DNA of 55,172 nucleotides, filler included, from Bipalium vagum (taxonomy: Eukaryota): assembly GCA_037834085.1 (NCBI GenBank). It is 3 parts of 3 records of this genome, joined end to end, with 100 filler letters (N's around TTAATTAATTAA, not from the genome) between each part and the next. Parts side by side here need not be neighbours in the genome. Positions count along the whole stretch, not along the records: positions 1 to 19,017 come from JBBMKC010013278.1; positions 19,118 to 37,034 come from JBBMKC010046660.1; 1 more part is not named here. The stretch is one strand, 5' to 3'. The position numbers were made by a program, and so were the translations under genes. The notes beneath the pieces were generated by a model. That model saw nothing but the letters and a program-made list of their open reading frames with translations, searched no databases and was not told the origin of the DNA. Numbering within the stretch: position 1 is the stretch's first letter; each line of letters begins with the position of its first letter. Shown here one piece after another: positions 11,030 through 24,900 of this stretch.

Positions 11030-13870
11030 TCTGCTCCAAACAGAATTCTTTTGAATCAAAATTGACCTTTCTTTGTCCTAAAAGCCGTGATAATTCGTGA
11101 TTTTGCCGACTACTTAAACTGGTTGTATGCTTGTCCGAGATCTACAGACGAGAAGCACGTCGAATTAGCCAAACAATCCAATAAAAGCTGCATATCTGGC
11201 ATTGGGAAGGAAAAATTTTCCGTAAATGCATTAATAATTATGAAATCCACACCATTTCACCAGTCTTTCTTTCCTACCACAACCAGTGGAGAGCTCCACG
11301 GACTTTTACATTTCCGGATAATACCCGCTGACATAAGTTGTACAATCATTTTGTCAATTTTTCATTCGAGATGCCGTCTTGGATTTTGGAATATTGGACT
11401 TGATGTCACGCTTATCATGTTCCACCATCTTAGTGTGCCCGATGTCAAACGTCGAGCCCATAAAACTTTGTGCATATTTCATCAATAAATTCCGTAATCG
11501 CTTCAAAGATTGTTCCTCACAGAGTTATGTAATCAATTGATTGCGCTTTTCACCTGTAATTTTCTTCTTTAAATCTACCTCCTTAATACTGCTGATTTCA
11601 CAAATTCAAACCCATATTATCTAATCAAATTTACACCACCTATAAAACCTGGTTGTATATTCATATTATTTAGATATCTACTTCACAACATTCTCCTTTC
11701 TGTCTGACACTTATGTAGAGGAACCAAGAGGTTTATCGCCACCCTTCGAAAAAACTCCACTCAGCAATAAGTTGCTCTTCATTAACTGCGGCATACCCAC
11801 TTTCTTCCAATACTCTTTATTCATCACCGTGACTGAAGCCTCTGAGTCCCACACATTTTCAACTATATATCATAAATCACACTAGCGATTGAATCGTTCA
11901 GGTTTTTTTCATCACCTTCCGTTTAACGTATCTTCTCCGTCTGAAATTGAGTCTTTCATTTCCTCATGTAACATAACACCAGCCTTCAATGTCTTCGCGA
12001 GTCCCCTTCTAATAGGTGACAATCTCAAAACTGGTGTCCGTCTTTTCCAGAAATTAAACGTCTTTCTTTCAGTGGGCATTAGGATCTTCTATTACCATTG
12101 CGCCAAATCAGAAATACTATTTTGAATTCAACTGTATCTCTCTAAGTAACCTTTTCGTTTGTTATATAGCATCTCGCAACATGTTTCACTGACACTCTTG
12201 AATTTTTCCTTCTAGGCTCAGACGTCCCGGTGTTATAATTTACAATCGGGGTATCGGCTTTCTCCCTGCTTCCACCATTTTCGTAGTTTCTTTTGGGCTC
12301 GACAAATGTAGCCCCACACGTCTTCCTTTATTATTATGCTTGATGTAATATTTAAACTCCAAACTTTTACACTTGTAAGGTTATTTATCGTAAGATTTTT
12401 TCTGGTGGCTTCCGCATAACTTTGTTTGCGAACGGAATTTACTTGATAACACTCTTCTTGTTGCTTCCGGGCTTCGTCACACTTCTGATTTCTGATGTAT
12501 CAATATCTGGCCTCGAAATTAGTGCTTCTTTTAATCTCTCTCTTTTAGCTCTCTTTCTTAACAGATCATTGATCATTTCGTCTTTTGTCAAACCGAAGAT
12601 TTACACACTGTACAGTAGTTCTCGTATTCTAATCTTGATAGTTGGGAATCTCTCATCTTCTTTCTTTTTTTACCCCTGCCTACTTCTTAATGAGGTCTGT
12701 GAAAAATTTCTTGATGGTAAAGGTATCTAGGAACCATTGTTTTGGTTTAGCGGATTTGGATCGACAACATTTCTTATGCTTTCTTTGGCAAAGCATTTAA
12801 TATCATCTTCTTTTCCATAACACATTAACATTTTCGGTGTTGTTGCCAGTTAAGTCTTTTTTTAATTGGTTCATAACAATTTGGATTTCAGAAATATTTA
12901 TTAAATATTAAAACAAATTCAGTCTAACTAAGCCTTACTACTATTTTCCTAAGTTTTGGTCCCTTTCTTCCTTCACTTGAGGATTTTCTTGTCAGATCTT
13001 ATATCTTCCCTCATTATAAATACGTCTTCATCATATATCTCATGTTTTTTCAGTTTATAAGAAGAAGTCTGTTTATTTATAGGAGATTTGATGTTAATTT
13101 GCTGTGACTATTTTCATTTCCTTCTAGCCACATCTTTCAATTAAATTTTCCACCTCTCATTTTCGTCTCCTTCCATGGTTCAGCGTCTATATGCACTAAA
13201 GTTTTGTGATTTTCTTTCCATGTGATTTTCTTTACGAATTCTTCTACTGGTGTGTTTTTCCTAGATATCTCGTTGTCTTTTGTCGACTTCTCCTCATAAT
13301 ATAGAACCTTAGCTGTTGTGGCTTTTATCAATAAGTCATCGACTCTGCGATACATTCCGCTTACTTTCAAAATCTTTCCTTTCAGCCAAAATTTGTCGAT
13401 TCTTCCTAAAATCGAATTTGTAATTGTGTTTTTGGTCCTGTGCTGTTAGTTGGGCTCAGCAAACCACCCCTTGGAACTGTCATTGATAGGATCAATGAGA
13501 GCGATTGTATCTCTTTTTTTTGCTTTCTTGTTTAAATTAACATTTGATTTAATTATATAAATATTTGATTTTATTGACAATTCTTTATTTTGTTGAGACA
13601 TTTGACTTTTGTGATTGTGTATTTGTAAACATTTTGTTGGCAATTCAATCTGATTATTGGAGACATTGTAGTTGTTACTTTGTTTATACTGTGTTACGTA
13701 ATTGTAGTTGTTTTGATTCATTCATTTGTGTACACGTTTTGACAAAAATGAAGGGGTCAGTAAACTATACGAACTAAGTGTTACGAGAGGATTCATAGTA
13801 TTTTTATAGCGTGACAATTGGTGAGCGTCCGACGTGATTTGAGATAGGATTTAACAGCATTAGTAGATAC
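11030..13870 (-). mobile_element. Decayed Ty3/gypsy LTR retrotransposon (gag, protease, N-terminal RT; 3'-truncated)
   Basis: Minus strand 11040-11440 reads AGIIRKCKSPWSSPLVVVGKKD...FPMPDMQLLLDCLANSTCFSSVDLGQAYNQ...TAFRTKKGQF*FKRILFG, typical gypsy RT. Degenerate retropepsin motif WDSEASVTV near 11830-11855. Decayed zinc-knuckle-like and gag-like ORFs at 12080-13370. A 5' LTR may lie at about 13470-13870 but its boundaries are not verified. Confidence 0.8.
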
Positions 13871-14663
13871 ACCTTCAGGAATTAAATAGAAATAAAATAA
13901 CCCTTCTTAGCTTGATAAAGCGGATATAATTGTTTTGAATTGAACCTGTTTTTTTGGGAATTGTTATGCAGATTTCTTCCTGAATCCATTGTCTTTTGAT
14001 GCTGTACTAAATCGAATTTTTGTTTAGATATATGTTTGTAATTGGTGCATCTCCAAAAATCTTTTTTAAACCAAAGGGGATGTTTTCCTACTATTGTCAA
14101 GTATGTTTTAATCTTACAACTATTTCGCTCATTGAATTTTATCCAGAAATATTTGCATCATTTCATATAAAGATGGGAACATCTAAATAAAAAAGAAGTA
14201 TAAAATAAGCTGGGGAATATTAAAATTATTTCTTGAAATATGAAAATTTTAACCGTAGGCATTTAATGGAAAATATTAAATTAAACAAATGGAATCCCGT
14301 ATTTAGAATGTAATAAATCCAAATCTCTTAGAATTGGATAATTTTTGTTTTTAAAAGTTTTGTTTATTTAAGAAATATTTAAAGTTATTTACTATTAATT
14401 ATAATAGTTTATTTATAAGTTTCGATGTTTTAAATTTTACTTGTTTTCTTCAATATTTTTTATTAAACTTTTTCATTAGTAATCTTAAGTTACTAGATCT
14501 GTATTTAGAATTCTATTTGTTAATTATCAATTTGCATTTAGAATTTTTCATCATGTAAAATGATATTACTTACATTACTTTTGTTTAACTGAATATAAAT
14601 ACATTAATAACATTGTTTATTTTTCAATTCCTTGTAAAATTTCCTTATTTCTAAGTACAAGTT

Positions 14664-15210
14664 ATGGTAATTTTCATTTTATCATTTAAATATTAACATA
14701 AAGTCTCAGGCTTTAAAACCATATTTAACTGCTGTTCGAAATTCTCTAGAAGCCTCTTTGTGCTTAAACAATTTTGATTCTCAAGTAGTAGAACGACACA
14801 ACAAACCAGAAATTGAAACTAAATCTTCTAATGAACTTTTGCTAACGCCAATAGTTATCAGCAGAAATGAGAAAGAGCGTGTTCTCATTGAAGGCTCGAT
14901 AAATTCTGTCCGCATAAGTATTGCAATAAAGCAGTCTGACGAAATTGAAAAGTTATTGTGTCACAAGTTCACAAGATTTATGATGATGCGAGCTGAAGAA
15001 TTTGTGATTCTACGCCGGAAACCGGTCCAGGGTTATGACATTAGCTTTCTTATTACTAACGTCCACACAGAGCAAATGCTGAAGCACAAGCTGGTCGATT
15101 TCATTATTGGGTTCATGGAGGACATTGATAAGGAGATCTCAGAAATGAGATTGTCGATGAATGCTCGAGCCAGACAGTGCGCCGAAGAGTTTCTGAAGGC
15201 TTTTGATTGA
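14664..15210 (+). CDS. ARPC4: Actin-related protein 2/3 complex subunit 4 (p20-Arc), about 169 aa
   Basis: Exon 1 is the ATG alone (14664-14666, donor gtaatt). Intron 14667-14703 (or to 14709). Exon 2 14704-15210: [36 protein letters not shown]...[10 protein letters not shown]...[16 protein letters not shown], very close to ARPC4 signatures. Confidence 0.97.
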
Positions 15211-16578
15211 GCATAATGAATCACAAACATTAATTACAATTTTTATATTACGCGAGCGTTTTGTTAATTCTTTTTTCAATTAAAATCGGTTTGTAAACAT
15301 CTGTTTAACCGGAAAATCTCTTAATCACTCAAATTTGCTGCTATTATAATATAATTTTTAAAAAATTATTTTAAGATTCTCTTTCACTTATTGCCGAAAA
15401 GCCAATTTTATCGTAGTATCAAAATTTAAACGTATTTCACTTATATTTTTGGAAAAGAATTCAATTTCAAAATTTTTATTCTTAATTTTAGAAAGATTCA
15501 AAAATAAATAGGTATCGTAACTAATTTTACCAATGAAATTTAATATTATAAACTTTGATAAATTTTTGTTAGTTTAATCTTTAATTAACATATTTGCATT
15601 TTTAGGTATAATAGAGTTAATTGTTATAATTGTTAATTTAATATGAAATTGATTTTGAAAGTTGCCATATCTATTATGTGAAATATATAAGTTAAGTAAG
15701 TTAAACAAACTCAATGAAAAATAGACTTAAATAGAACAATTAATTTTATTTCTTCAGGAATACTGATATTCGATTTCCTTGGATAGGTAATTTGACGAAT
15801 GAATTGAAAAATTAAAATAGATTTTACATTAATTTTTTATTAACTTTTCAAATATTTGAAATTTTTATTATTGATAAATTCTTACCAAATTCTCTCCGAA
15901 AAGTTGGAATTATTTAAATCTGGATTATTTCAAAAATTTTCTATTGCACTTGTCTTGCTTTCAATGTAAAACAACTTTTTCATCTACTAAAATTTTACGA
16001 ACAGTCTTGATATCCTAAGTAAATTATTATTTTTATTTATTGATACTCACCTAAGTGGAATTAAATTTAATTTTGAGATACAAGAAGAATAAAATAATTA
16101 CTATTTTCAAAAATTAAATTTGTCATATTAGGTTATTTCTAATCCAACTTATAGTATGAGTTGAAAATTTTTAATTTAAAGTTATCATTTATATTGTACT
16201 GGTAATTTTACTATATTACTTTCCGTTTTTCTAATTTGGGCTTAGGATTAATTGAGATTATTAAAAGATTAGTTCAACTTATTGCCAATATAATTTTATA
16301 TTAGGTTTCCTACTTTTTTTAAAGAGTTGTGGATTTCATCACTCATATCAGTCTTTGGAGAGAAGATAAGAGCAAATATGGGAACTAAAAAAATCCAATT
16401 GTGTTATGGTAAGATATTAAGATAAAAATATTAGTAACACCAACTTTATATTTCATGATTCATCTAAATATGTCTTAATATTTTATAATTATTACCTTTT
16501 TAAAAAAATATTTTAAATTTTACCTAATAATAACTTTAAAGATGAAAAGATATAATAGTAAATGTCAGTTTTAATTAG

Positions 16579-17508
16579 TAGAGTGGTGCAAAAGTTAATT
16601 AATAAATTTAAAAATTCATAAAAAATAAAATCAATATTTATTTATTTTGAAATAATTGTAGATATAAAAATGGATTCCAGGAAATTAAAGTCACAAAGAT
16701 ATACAATATCTGAACGAACTAAAATCGTGGAAATTTATTTTTAAAACAATAATTCAATAATCCGAACTCAACGTAAATATTGCAAACATTTCAATGTTAC
16801 GAAGCCACCAACAACCTTTATGATTATGTAATTAATTAAACGTTTCCGAGACCAGGGCTCCTTAAACGATTTGCAAAGATTGGGAAGACCGTGCCAAACC
16901 AGAAATAAAGATGTTATTGAACTAGTACGAAAGAGTATTGTGGAGGACCCAGAAACATCAACTCGAATGCTGAAACCATAAATGCTGAGCGATATTGCGA
17001 TATGATAAAACATATTTGCTTCCTGCTGTTGCTGACAATGAACTGATGCGATTTCAACAAGATGGAGCCACCGCACACACGGCGAAACGTACCATAGAAC
17101 TCTTACATGAGATTTTCTGTAATCGGATAATTTCCAGAAATTCGACATTCAACTGGCATTCTCGTTCACCAGATTTATCAGTACCAGATTATTTTCTTTG
17201 GGTATATCTGAAGGATAAAGTTTATATAAATAAGCCAAAGTCCATTCGACAATTAAAGAACAATATTCGTGACGAAATTAAAGCAATAAACCCTGACGTT
17301 TTAGCAGGTGTCATGGAAAACTTTATAAAAAGAGCCAAATTTTGTGAGGTAGAAAGTGGTGGTCATTTAAAGGATATAATTTTCAAAATCTAGTTAAAAA
17401 AAATCTCTGCGAACTATTATTTATGTATAATATTCAAAATAAATAATTGTCTGGAATATTTACTTTTTACTATTATTTAAAATCATTAAGTTACTTTGAG
17501 CCACCCTG
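16579..17508 (+). mobile_element. Internally deleted DD41D (rosa/Visitor-type) Tc1/mariner element
   Basis: N-terminal HTH (YTISERTKIVEIY...IKRFRDQGSLNDLQRLGRP) joined directly to the C-terminal catalytic part FQQDGATAHT...WHSRSPDLSVPDYFLWVYLK. Exactly 41 residues separate D2 and D3. Right TIR (reverse complement CAGGGTGGCTCAAAGTAAC) followed by TA at 17509-17510; degenerate left TIR near 16579. Confidence 0.85.
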
Positions 17509-19017
17509 TATAATTGATATTATTTTACCTAAGAGTCACTAGTGTGTTAGAACAGTCAATATTATATTATGACCATATTATATTATTAGTTGTCTTTTAA
17601 CTCATTATGTATCTTGAAAAAATAATAATTTACTTTTTACATTAATTTTTTTGCTTAAACACTTATTTTATATAACATTATTCAAACTTTCTACCAGTTC
17701 CTATGTAGTCAATAATATTTAATATTTTTTTTAAAATAAAGTAGTTTAGGAAATTATAATTATTTTAAATGTTTAAATTCCAACGTCTCTAGGTCTGAAG
17801 TGTTACAAAATAATAATACTTAACCAGATTACCAAGAAAAATCTTACTGCCTCATATTGTCTATTAATTATGGACGAAATGGCAGATTACAACAATTACC
17901 AGATAATTTTTTCATTATCTTAGTTAAAAATCCACAGAATTGCAACCAACCTGATCCCCTTTTATGGTTACAAATTTGTTGATGTTCGACTCCTTTCTTG
18001 TAATTTTCTTTTAATACAATTTTTGGCGAAAAATAAAGTTTAAGTAATATGCTGGGTAACATAAAATTAGTTATTTTGATTATTAATTATTAATTCAAAT
18101 TAATTAAGTAAATTTTAAAATCTTCATAGGTGACCACATAGGTGATAACATTTTTTAAAAAACAATAAATTGTGTTTTTTTCCCTCTGCAATAGGTAATA
18201 TCTTTAGTGCTGTATTCTGTTTCCATTGTGTTTAATTGGGACCATCTCTAACAATTTCTCTGTAGTTCTTAGTTATATTCTTGACTTAATTGTTTTGTCT
18301 AATCCCATCCATTAATTTGACGATTTTTTCTATCTCTTTAATGGTTTTCAATTTTCATAACTCAATCGAGTTTTAAAATGCAATTTAGTTTATGTATCTA
18401 ATTAAAGCCTCCTTTAACCACTTTCTCTTGCCATGCACCAAAATATTATCTATCATTTGATGAAAATTTTAGAAAAAATATCAACGAAATATAAATTTTC
18501 AAAAACAATAAATTTTCCTACATTTTCGTCATATTTTTCTACTTGATTTATGACCGATGGTCAATAAATAAGATTCGTTCTTCGTATAATTGATGTTACT
18601 TAAAAGTAAAGCATCTGAAACATTTAAGGATGAATCTCTTTTTTTACAGAATTTATTTGGTAAGGACTTGGTAGCATTGGAATCTATTATTGAAGTCATT
18701 GTGTACTTCTTGTATGATCGCTTTATCTAATAGTTTAAACTCCGTAAGTTATTATTATTTATTTATTTCAGATCTCAAATCTGAATTTTCAAATAATTAT
18801 TAATTATCAAATCACGGAAATTCGATATTATCAGGTCTACAAATAGAAAAGGTGCCTATTTAGTAAAACGACTATAACGTCACAATGTAACCGAATTTTT
18901 TTAATTAAATGATTAAATTTATAAATAAAGATATTGACAAATATATTAATTAAATAATTAAATCATTTGTTTTAATAATATATCAATAACCGCATCAATT
19001 TGAATGGATCCCAAAAA

Positions 19018-19117
19018 NNNNNNNNNNNNNNNNNNNNNNNNNNNNNNNNNNNNNNNNNNNNTTAATTAATTAANNNNNNNNNNNNNNNNNNNNNNNNNNN
19101 NNNNNNNNNNNNNNNNN
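19018..19117. other. Assembly gap with artificial six-frame stop linker
   Basis: 44 N + TTAATTAATTAA (19062-19073) + 44 N. Confidence 0.95.
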
Positions 19118-19999
19118 TATATATATAACAAATGTAGAATATAAAATAAGATATAAATAATAATAAACAATATTCATGTTATAAATAAGGAAAATATTTG
19201 TTCTTTTTCTTTAAAACAAATTAATTTTTGAAAAACAATTTCTAGTCTGTTGAAATATAAAATATCCGCACATAACATATAATGCATTCCATATTTTCTG
19301 AATTAAAGACAAAATTTATTTCAGGCAGTTTATAATTTAACGTAAATGATATTATTAAAATAATTGCAGTAATAATTTTCATATATGACTTTAAATAAAT
19401 TCGAAATATCAATTTCCCTTTGTTTCCATTTGACTTCATATAATATTTATTAATAATTTTAATGATTAAAAATATTGTGTTGGCATGAATATGCTATTTA
19501 ACTGAAGCTGATAATATTGTCTGTCTAAAAAATATTTTAAAACTTTAATGAGCCATAAAAATCATTTATTACGACAAAAATATATCTAAAAAATTCATTT
19601 ACATAAATACATAAAAATATAAATTTAATGGTTTAATTTAAAAGGAAAAAATTAGGATATGTACATTATTCTTCTAATTAAATAATTCTTAAACATGAAG
19701 ATATCTCAATTTAGTATTTATCGATTTATTAAAAATATTTTAATAATTTTATATCTTTCTGCATAATATTATTAATATTCAATAATTATTATTAAATTAA
19801 ATCAAGTTATTTACTGTAATTATAATAATTATTATTCCTTTTAAGATTTTAAGTATTTAATATTTTATCTACTACAAATCAATTATTTTTATTTCTAACT
19901 CTTAATTTTAGACGTCTAAGTTAGTTTAGTGAGATTATTATTTATTTTAAAATTTTATTTAATCACTGGTTTAATTAACTAAATTTTATTCTTTCTTTC

Positions 20000-21030
20000 A
20001 AGGATAAGGTTTTTAGATAGATGATAAAAATAGAAGCAAATATAAAGGAAATGTTTTCAGTGATTTCAGATATTTAGAAATAAATTATGCATTAAATTTA
20101 GACTTCTTATCAATTTTTAATATTTATATTAGGAAAATTGGCACATTGCAAAATTAAAAAAGATCTATTTATTAACTTTGATTTTCTCTCGTTAGATTGT
20201 AGAAATTCATTATTTTATAAACCTTCAAAGAAAATTCTCTAGAATCAATTCAGTGGCATTCTGAAATCTGAAGATCAATTTATACGTGAATCTGTAAGAT
20301 AATATCATATTGAAAAAAAATTAATAAAAAAGTCGCTCCTCTTTAAAAAAAGAAATAATTCTGTCTTTAAACCAATATTATGAAAAAAGATTTAAAAGAA
20401 TTTATCTTTTTGAATCTGAGTCAACAGATATTGATTATTATTTTTTAGTTTGAAATTTCAGACTGATAGATGTACTTCATATAATATTACATCATGGAAT
20501 ACTGCTAGTGTCGCTGTAATTCAAAACTGCTTTCAGAAAGCGGTTAAGATTTCTTATTGAATATGTTTTATAAATACCAAAGATGATGATAATGATTTTT
20601 CTGCATTTGATCATTTTCTAGATAATGGTAATTTAGTTGAAAAATAATTTTTGAATATACAGAGTCAATTAATGATTTAGAGGATCCAGAAGAAGAAAGT
20701 ATTTCACAAAATGAAATTTTATGTACTTCATATCTTTCTGTTATAAACTTAGAAGTTATTTTCCACTTGAATATTCTTGAATAAACGAATGGAGTTCATT
20801 AAATAAAAAATTAATTATAATTAATTTACTAATTATTAATGGAACGAAATTTTACGATTCTTGACTTTCTCACAAGAAATTAGAAATGTGTGTCGTATTC
20901 TGTAATAAATAAAGAACATTTTCCCATAATTTATAGTGCTTATTTTAATTGTGATTATGTAACTATTCCTTAAATTCCATATTTAACAGGTCAAGTATCC
21001 AAATTATTTGTTCTATAAAGATTTGACTGT
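20000..21030 (+). mobile_element. Highly decayed Tigger/pogo transposon, 3' part
   Basis: ITSWNTASVAVIQNCFQKA near 20487-20545 matches the Tigger AWxxVxxxTIxNCFxKA motif, followed by an acidic tail. Terminus at about 21030 reads CAGTCAAATC in reverse complement, next to TA. Confidence 0.55.
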
Positions 21031-21991
21031 ATTTTACTTCTATTTCAATAATTCACAGAAAATTATAACATCCATATCCCTGCAAAATATAGAGCTCGAA
21101 ATTTTGATCATTAATACTTATCTTTTGTATTTACAGTAAATTCAGTTTTAATACTCTTTCAATTGTAGAGTAATTTTCTACAAAATCTTTTATTCTCTGA
21201 CTTGCAACTTATCATATTATCACTTTAAAGATATATGATTTTCTATTTGACTTCTTATCGATTTATTTTACACATTTTTTAGTGATTATTTAATTAAATG
21301 GCATTTAAAACTTCAAAAAAATGACGTGATTTGGAGACAAGATTTCATTAAATTTTTAAATTTTTCAATTATAATCAGATTTATTTGTTTTAATAAAGAC
21401 CAGAATAGACGCAACCATATTACGTGTTTACGAGTATTCAAAACTTAAATCAAATTTCCAATTTCATTTAAAAATCGAAATGACAAATTCTAAATAAAAA
21501 ATATCATTTAGTTTATTACAATGAAATTTTTACATATATAAAAAAAAGCTATAAAAACAAAAAATCCCAAAATTTTATAAGATTGTTTATTAAAAATAAT
21601 AAAATATCAAGAAAATAATAATTATATTGAAAAGTCAAAGCATACTTTTTCTTAAAATCCCTTAATGCGGTTTATGAATTCCTTATTTATGCGCCTATTT
21701 CGATTTGATACTTCAGTTACAAATAAGATTAAAGAATTTTTCAACGTTGATATTCCTCGTGTATTGTAATAAATATATAACTGAAACCATTTATATGAAT
21801 ATTGGACCGTTAAACTATGATTTCAAAAGACAAAAGATGTTTTAAATTTCCATTTATAACACCCGAAATAAAATCAAATTAATCGAACAAATAAAATATT
21901 AACTGTATTTCAGTAAAATATAAAATATTATGGAAAAAACTGAAACGAGACAAACAATTTAAGTGTGAGTAAAAATAAAATTACAAGATTG

Positions 21992-24900
21992 CTAATCAAA
22001 TGATATTGTCCCGCGTTGTTCACCACAATGAAGTTGCTGAAAACAGTATTTAAATTTATTGGATAAAATAATGTAAAGAATAATAAATTTTACATTATAA
22101 AATATATAATTTTCAGAATTATGAAACTTTAATATTATGATTACGTTATGTAAATATATATATGGTTAATTGTTAACCATATATGTATAAAAGAAGTAAC
22201 TATAGTTAAACAGATATTATAACTGTACAATAATATACCAGGTTAAAACTTAATGTTTTTTATAAATATTTATTAAAGATAATTAACCTTTATTTTATTT
22301 AATATCAGTTTATTTAAAAACTAAAATAATAATTTAATAATTTTTGGTATTATTAAAATAAAATTGCCTTTAATAGATCTTGTTGTGTTTTACTTTCAAT
22401 TATTCGGACATCATCTAAAGATAATCCGTACCACTTATCAGTCCAGCAAAAGACCATTCGATGAAAATTTGTGAAAAGTCGTTTTTCCTGCTAAAATTAA
22501 AAATTTTAATTATTATTATTTTAATATATTTTATGTGAAACAATTGTGATATGCGTGACATTAACATTCTAAAAAGTTAGGTAACAAAAAAAGTTCTCGG
22601 AAAATTTAAAATTAAATAATTTTGAAAAAAAATTTCTATTAATAATTGTATTGTATTTTTATTTGCATTGTTTATCGACGGTAAATTGAATTTTTAATTT
22701 TAGATAAATCTTAATTTATCATAAATAATATTTTTTAATATAATCTTTTAGATTTATTTTTATTTGTAGATGAAAAGTTTGCAAATTAGAACAATAATTT
22801 TCTATGAGTGGATAAGAGTTTTCTCTACTCAAGAATGTTTGAATAATATGGAGTCATCTTAAGGCAATGAGATTTTATACAAGTCGACTGTGTATAAGTT
22901 TTTTTTAGAAATTTCAAAGATGAAAATTTCAGTTTGGAAAATGATGGTCGTCCAAAAGTAATGAATAATGTTGTTCTATTGGGCTATTGGAAACAGTTCA
23001 AGCAAATCCGACAGTTAGAAGCGATGAATTATCGAATGTTATTCAACACAAGTCAAACGATTAGAAATTATTTGCATGATCTGAGCTATTTGTCAGTGTG
23101 GGATAAGTGGATAACACATTCGCTTAGTGATGTTTAAAAAGAAAATAGAGTGAATGTTTGTAAAGAACTACTTGATATGCATCGAAAGAAAGATTTTTCT
23201 CCAGGATGGTAACTGCTGATGAGAAATGTGTGTATTATGAAAACGTATCTAGACGCAGATCATAGTAAAAGTCAGGTGGAAACCTGTAGCAGAACCAAGA
23301 TCATTTGAGTGCTCAGTTTCAAGAAAATCAAGCCATCAAACTGAGATTTAGGGCTTTTTTGTTCTAAAACACTGCAATTCTATCCGATAGATATTTAAAA
23401 GTTTAACTTAGAAATTGTCTCAATTAATGCAAGATAATTTTTTGACATTCTAGAACTTTGTTATAATGTTGAATTAAATATACAAGGTATATAAAAAGTA
23501 AGTATTCGATTTGTAAGCTCAGCAAAAAATTTATAACTCAATTAAAAAAACTGATTCAAATTTTTAATAAAATAGGACTTCTAAAATTTCAGGTAATTGT
23601 TTAATTGTTTAAATAAATTGAAATATAAATACCTTGATAGGTTGAATTGATTTTTCCCCTAAATTATTCATTAAATGCAAAACACTAAACTACCTTTTTA
23701 AAAACTGGTTATTTATCCAAAATCAATTATATAAACAAATACTTTAAATTATTATCTAACATCCCCCCTCGATAAAAATTTTCGCATCTTCTCCACATTG
23801 CGCTCCAGAGTTTGATCTAGCTCATCTCAGATTTTATATCTTCTTGGATGTATTTTTTCAAACACTGTGAATGGTCCCAAAAAACGATCGTCTATTTTTC
23901 TTCTATTTTCAGCTTTTATCAATACTTTTTCTCCAATATCGAAAATCCTTTTTGTTTTTTCTACTGCTGTAGATTGATCATTTGAATGTGTTATCTTTTC
24001 CATACCACTCTTCACGAAATATTTTCTTTCCGAATATAATTTCCGCGGGACTTCTACCTGTTGTCTTCTGCACCGTAACATTTATAGTAAATTCGATATC
24101 TGGAAGTATTGAGGCCTATGTTTCACTTTTTCTTGACTTTTGAGACGCCATCAACATCTCTTTTATTGTCTCTCTATCATTTCATTGCTGTTATGATGTC
24201 AGGGGCTTGATACGCATAGAACTGCTTTGACATTCAGATAATTTTGAAGAGACTTGAACAGATGATAATCTGAAGATGCGATATCAGGTGAGTACACCGG
24301 ATGAAAAAGAACTTCCCATTCTAATGCCTTTAATTTTTCCTGTACGAGTTTTGAAATATGGGGTCTGGCATTGTCATGTTGAATGATGACATTCTTTCTG
24401 TTTATCAATTTTTTAAATTCTACCTCAAGTCTTCCTAATTGGTCACAATAAACCTGTCCTGTGATAGTTATGTTACGTGGTAAAAGATCGTAATATATTA
24501 TTCCACGGTAATCCCACTAAACAGACATCATTATTCGGCGAGGATGAAGGTCTGGTTTGGCAGTGGGTATCGGCTTCTGGCCAGGCGTAAGCCATTGCTT
24601 TTTTCTTTTCATGTTGACGTAGCTCACCCACTTCTCATCTCCTGTTACAATTCTTTTTAAAAAATTATCGTTATTGAATCTTTGAAGAAGAGAAGAACAA
24701 GTCAACAATCTGCACTTTTTGTTGTTTTCACTTAAGCAATGAGGAATCCATAACCCTTGTCTATGGAATTTTCCTAATTCATGAAGATGAGTGGCAATGA
24801 TAGTGTGGGAGACCTGAACGTGATCTCCAAAATGACACGTTTTACACATAGGATGTCCTTCGATAAGAGATAGAAGAACATTGTTATTCAAATTTGATGA

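Noticed and set aside
11087-12730. Plus-strand ORFs of 133, 78 and 102 aa
   Set aside because: Antisense shadows of the minus-strand gypsy gag/pol.
19062-19073. TTAATTAATTAA palindrome as a biological site
   Set aside because: Centred in exactly 44+44 N and repeated identically at 37079; an assembly linker.
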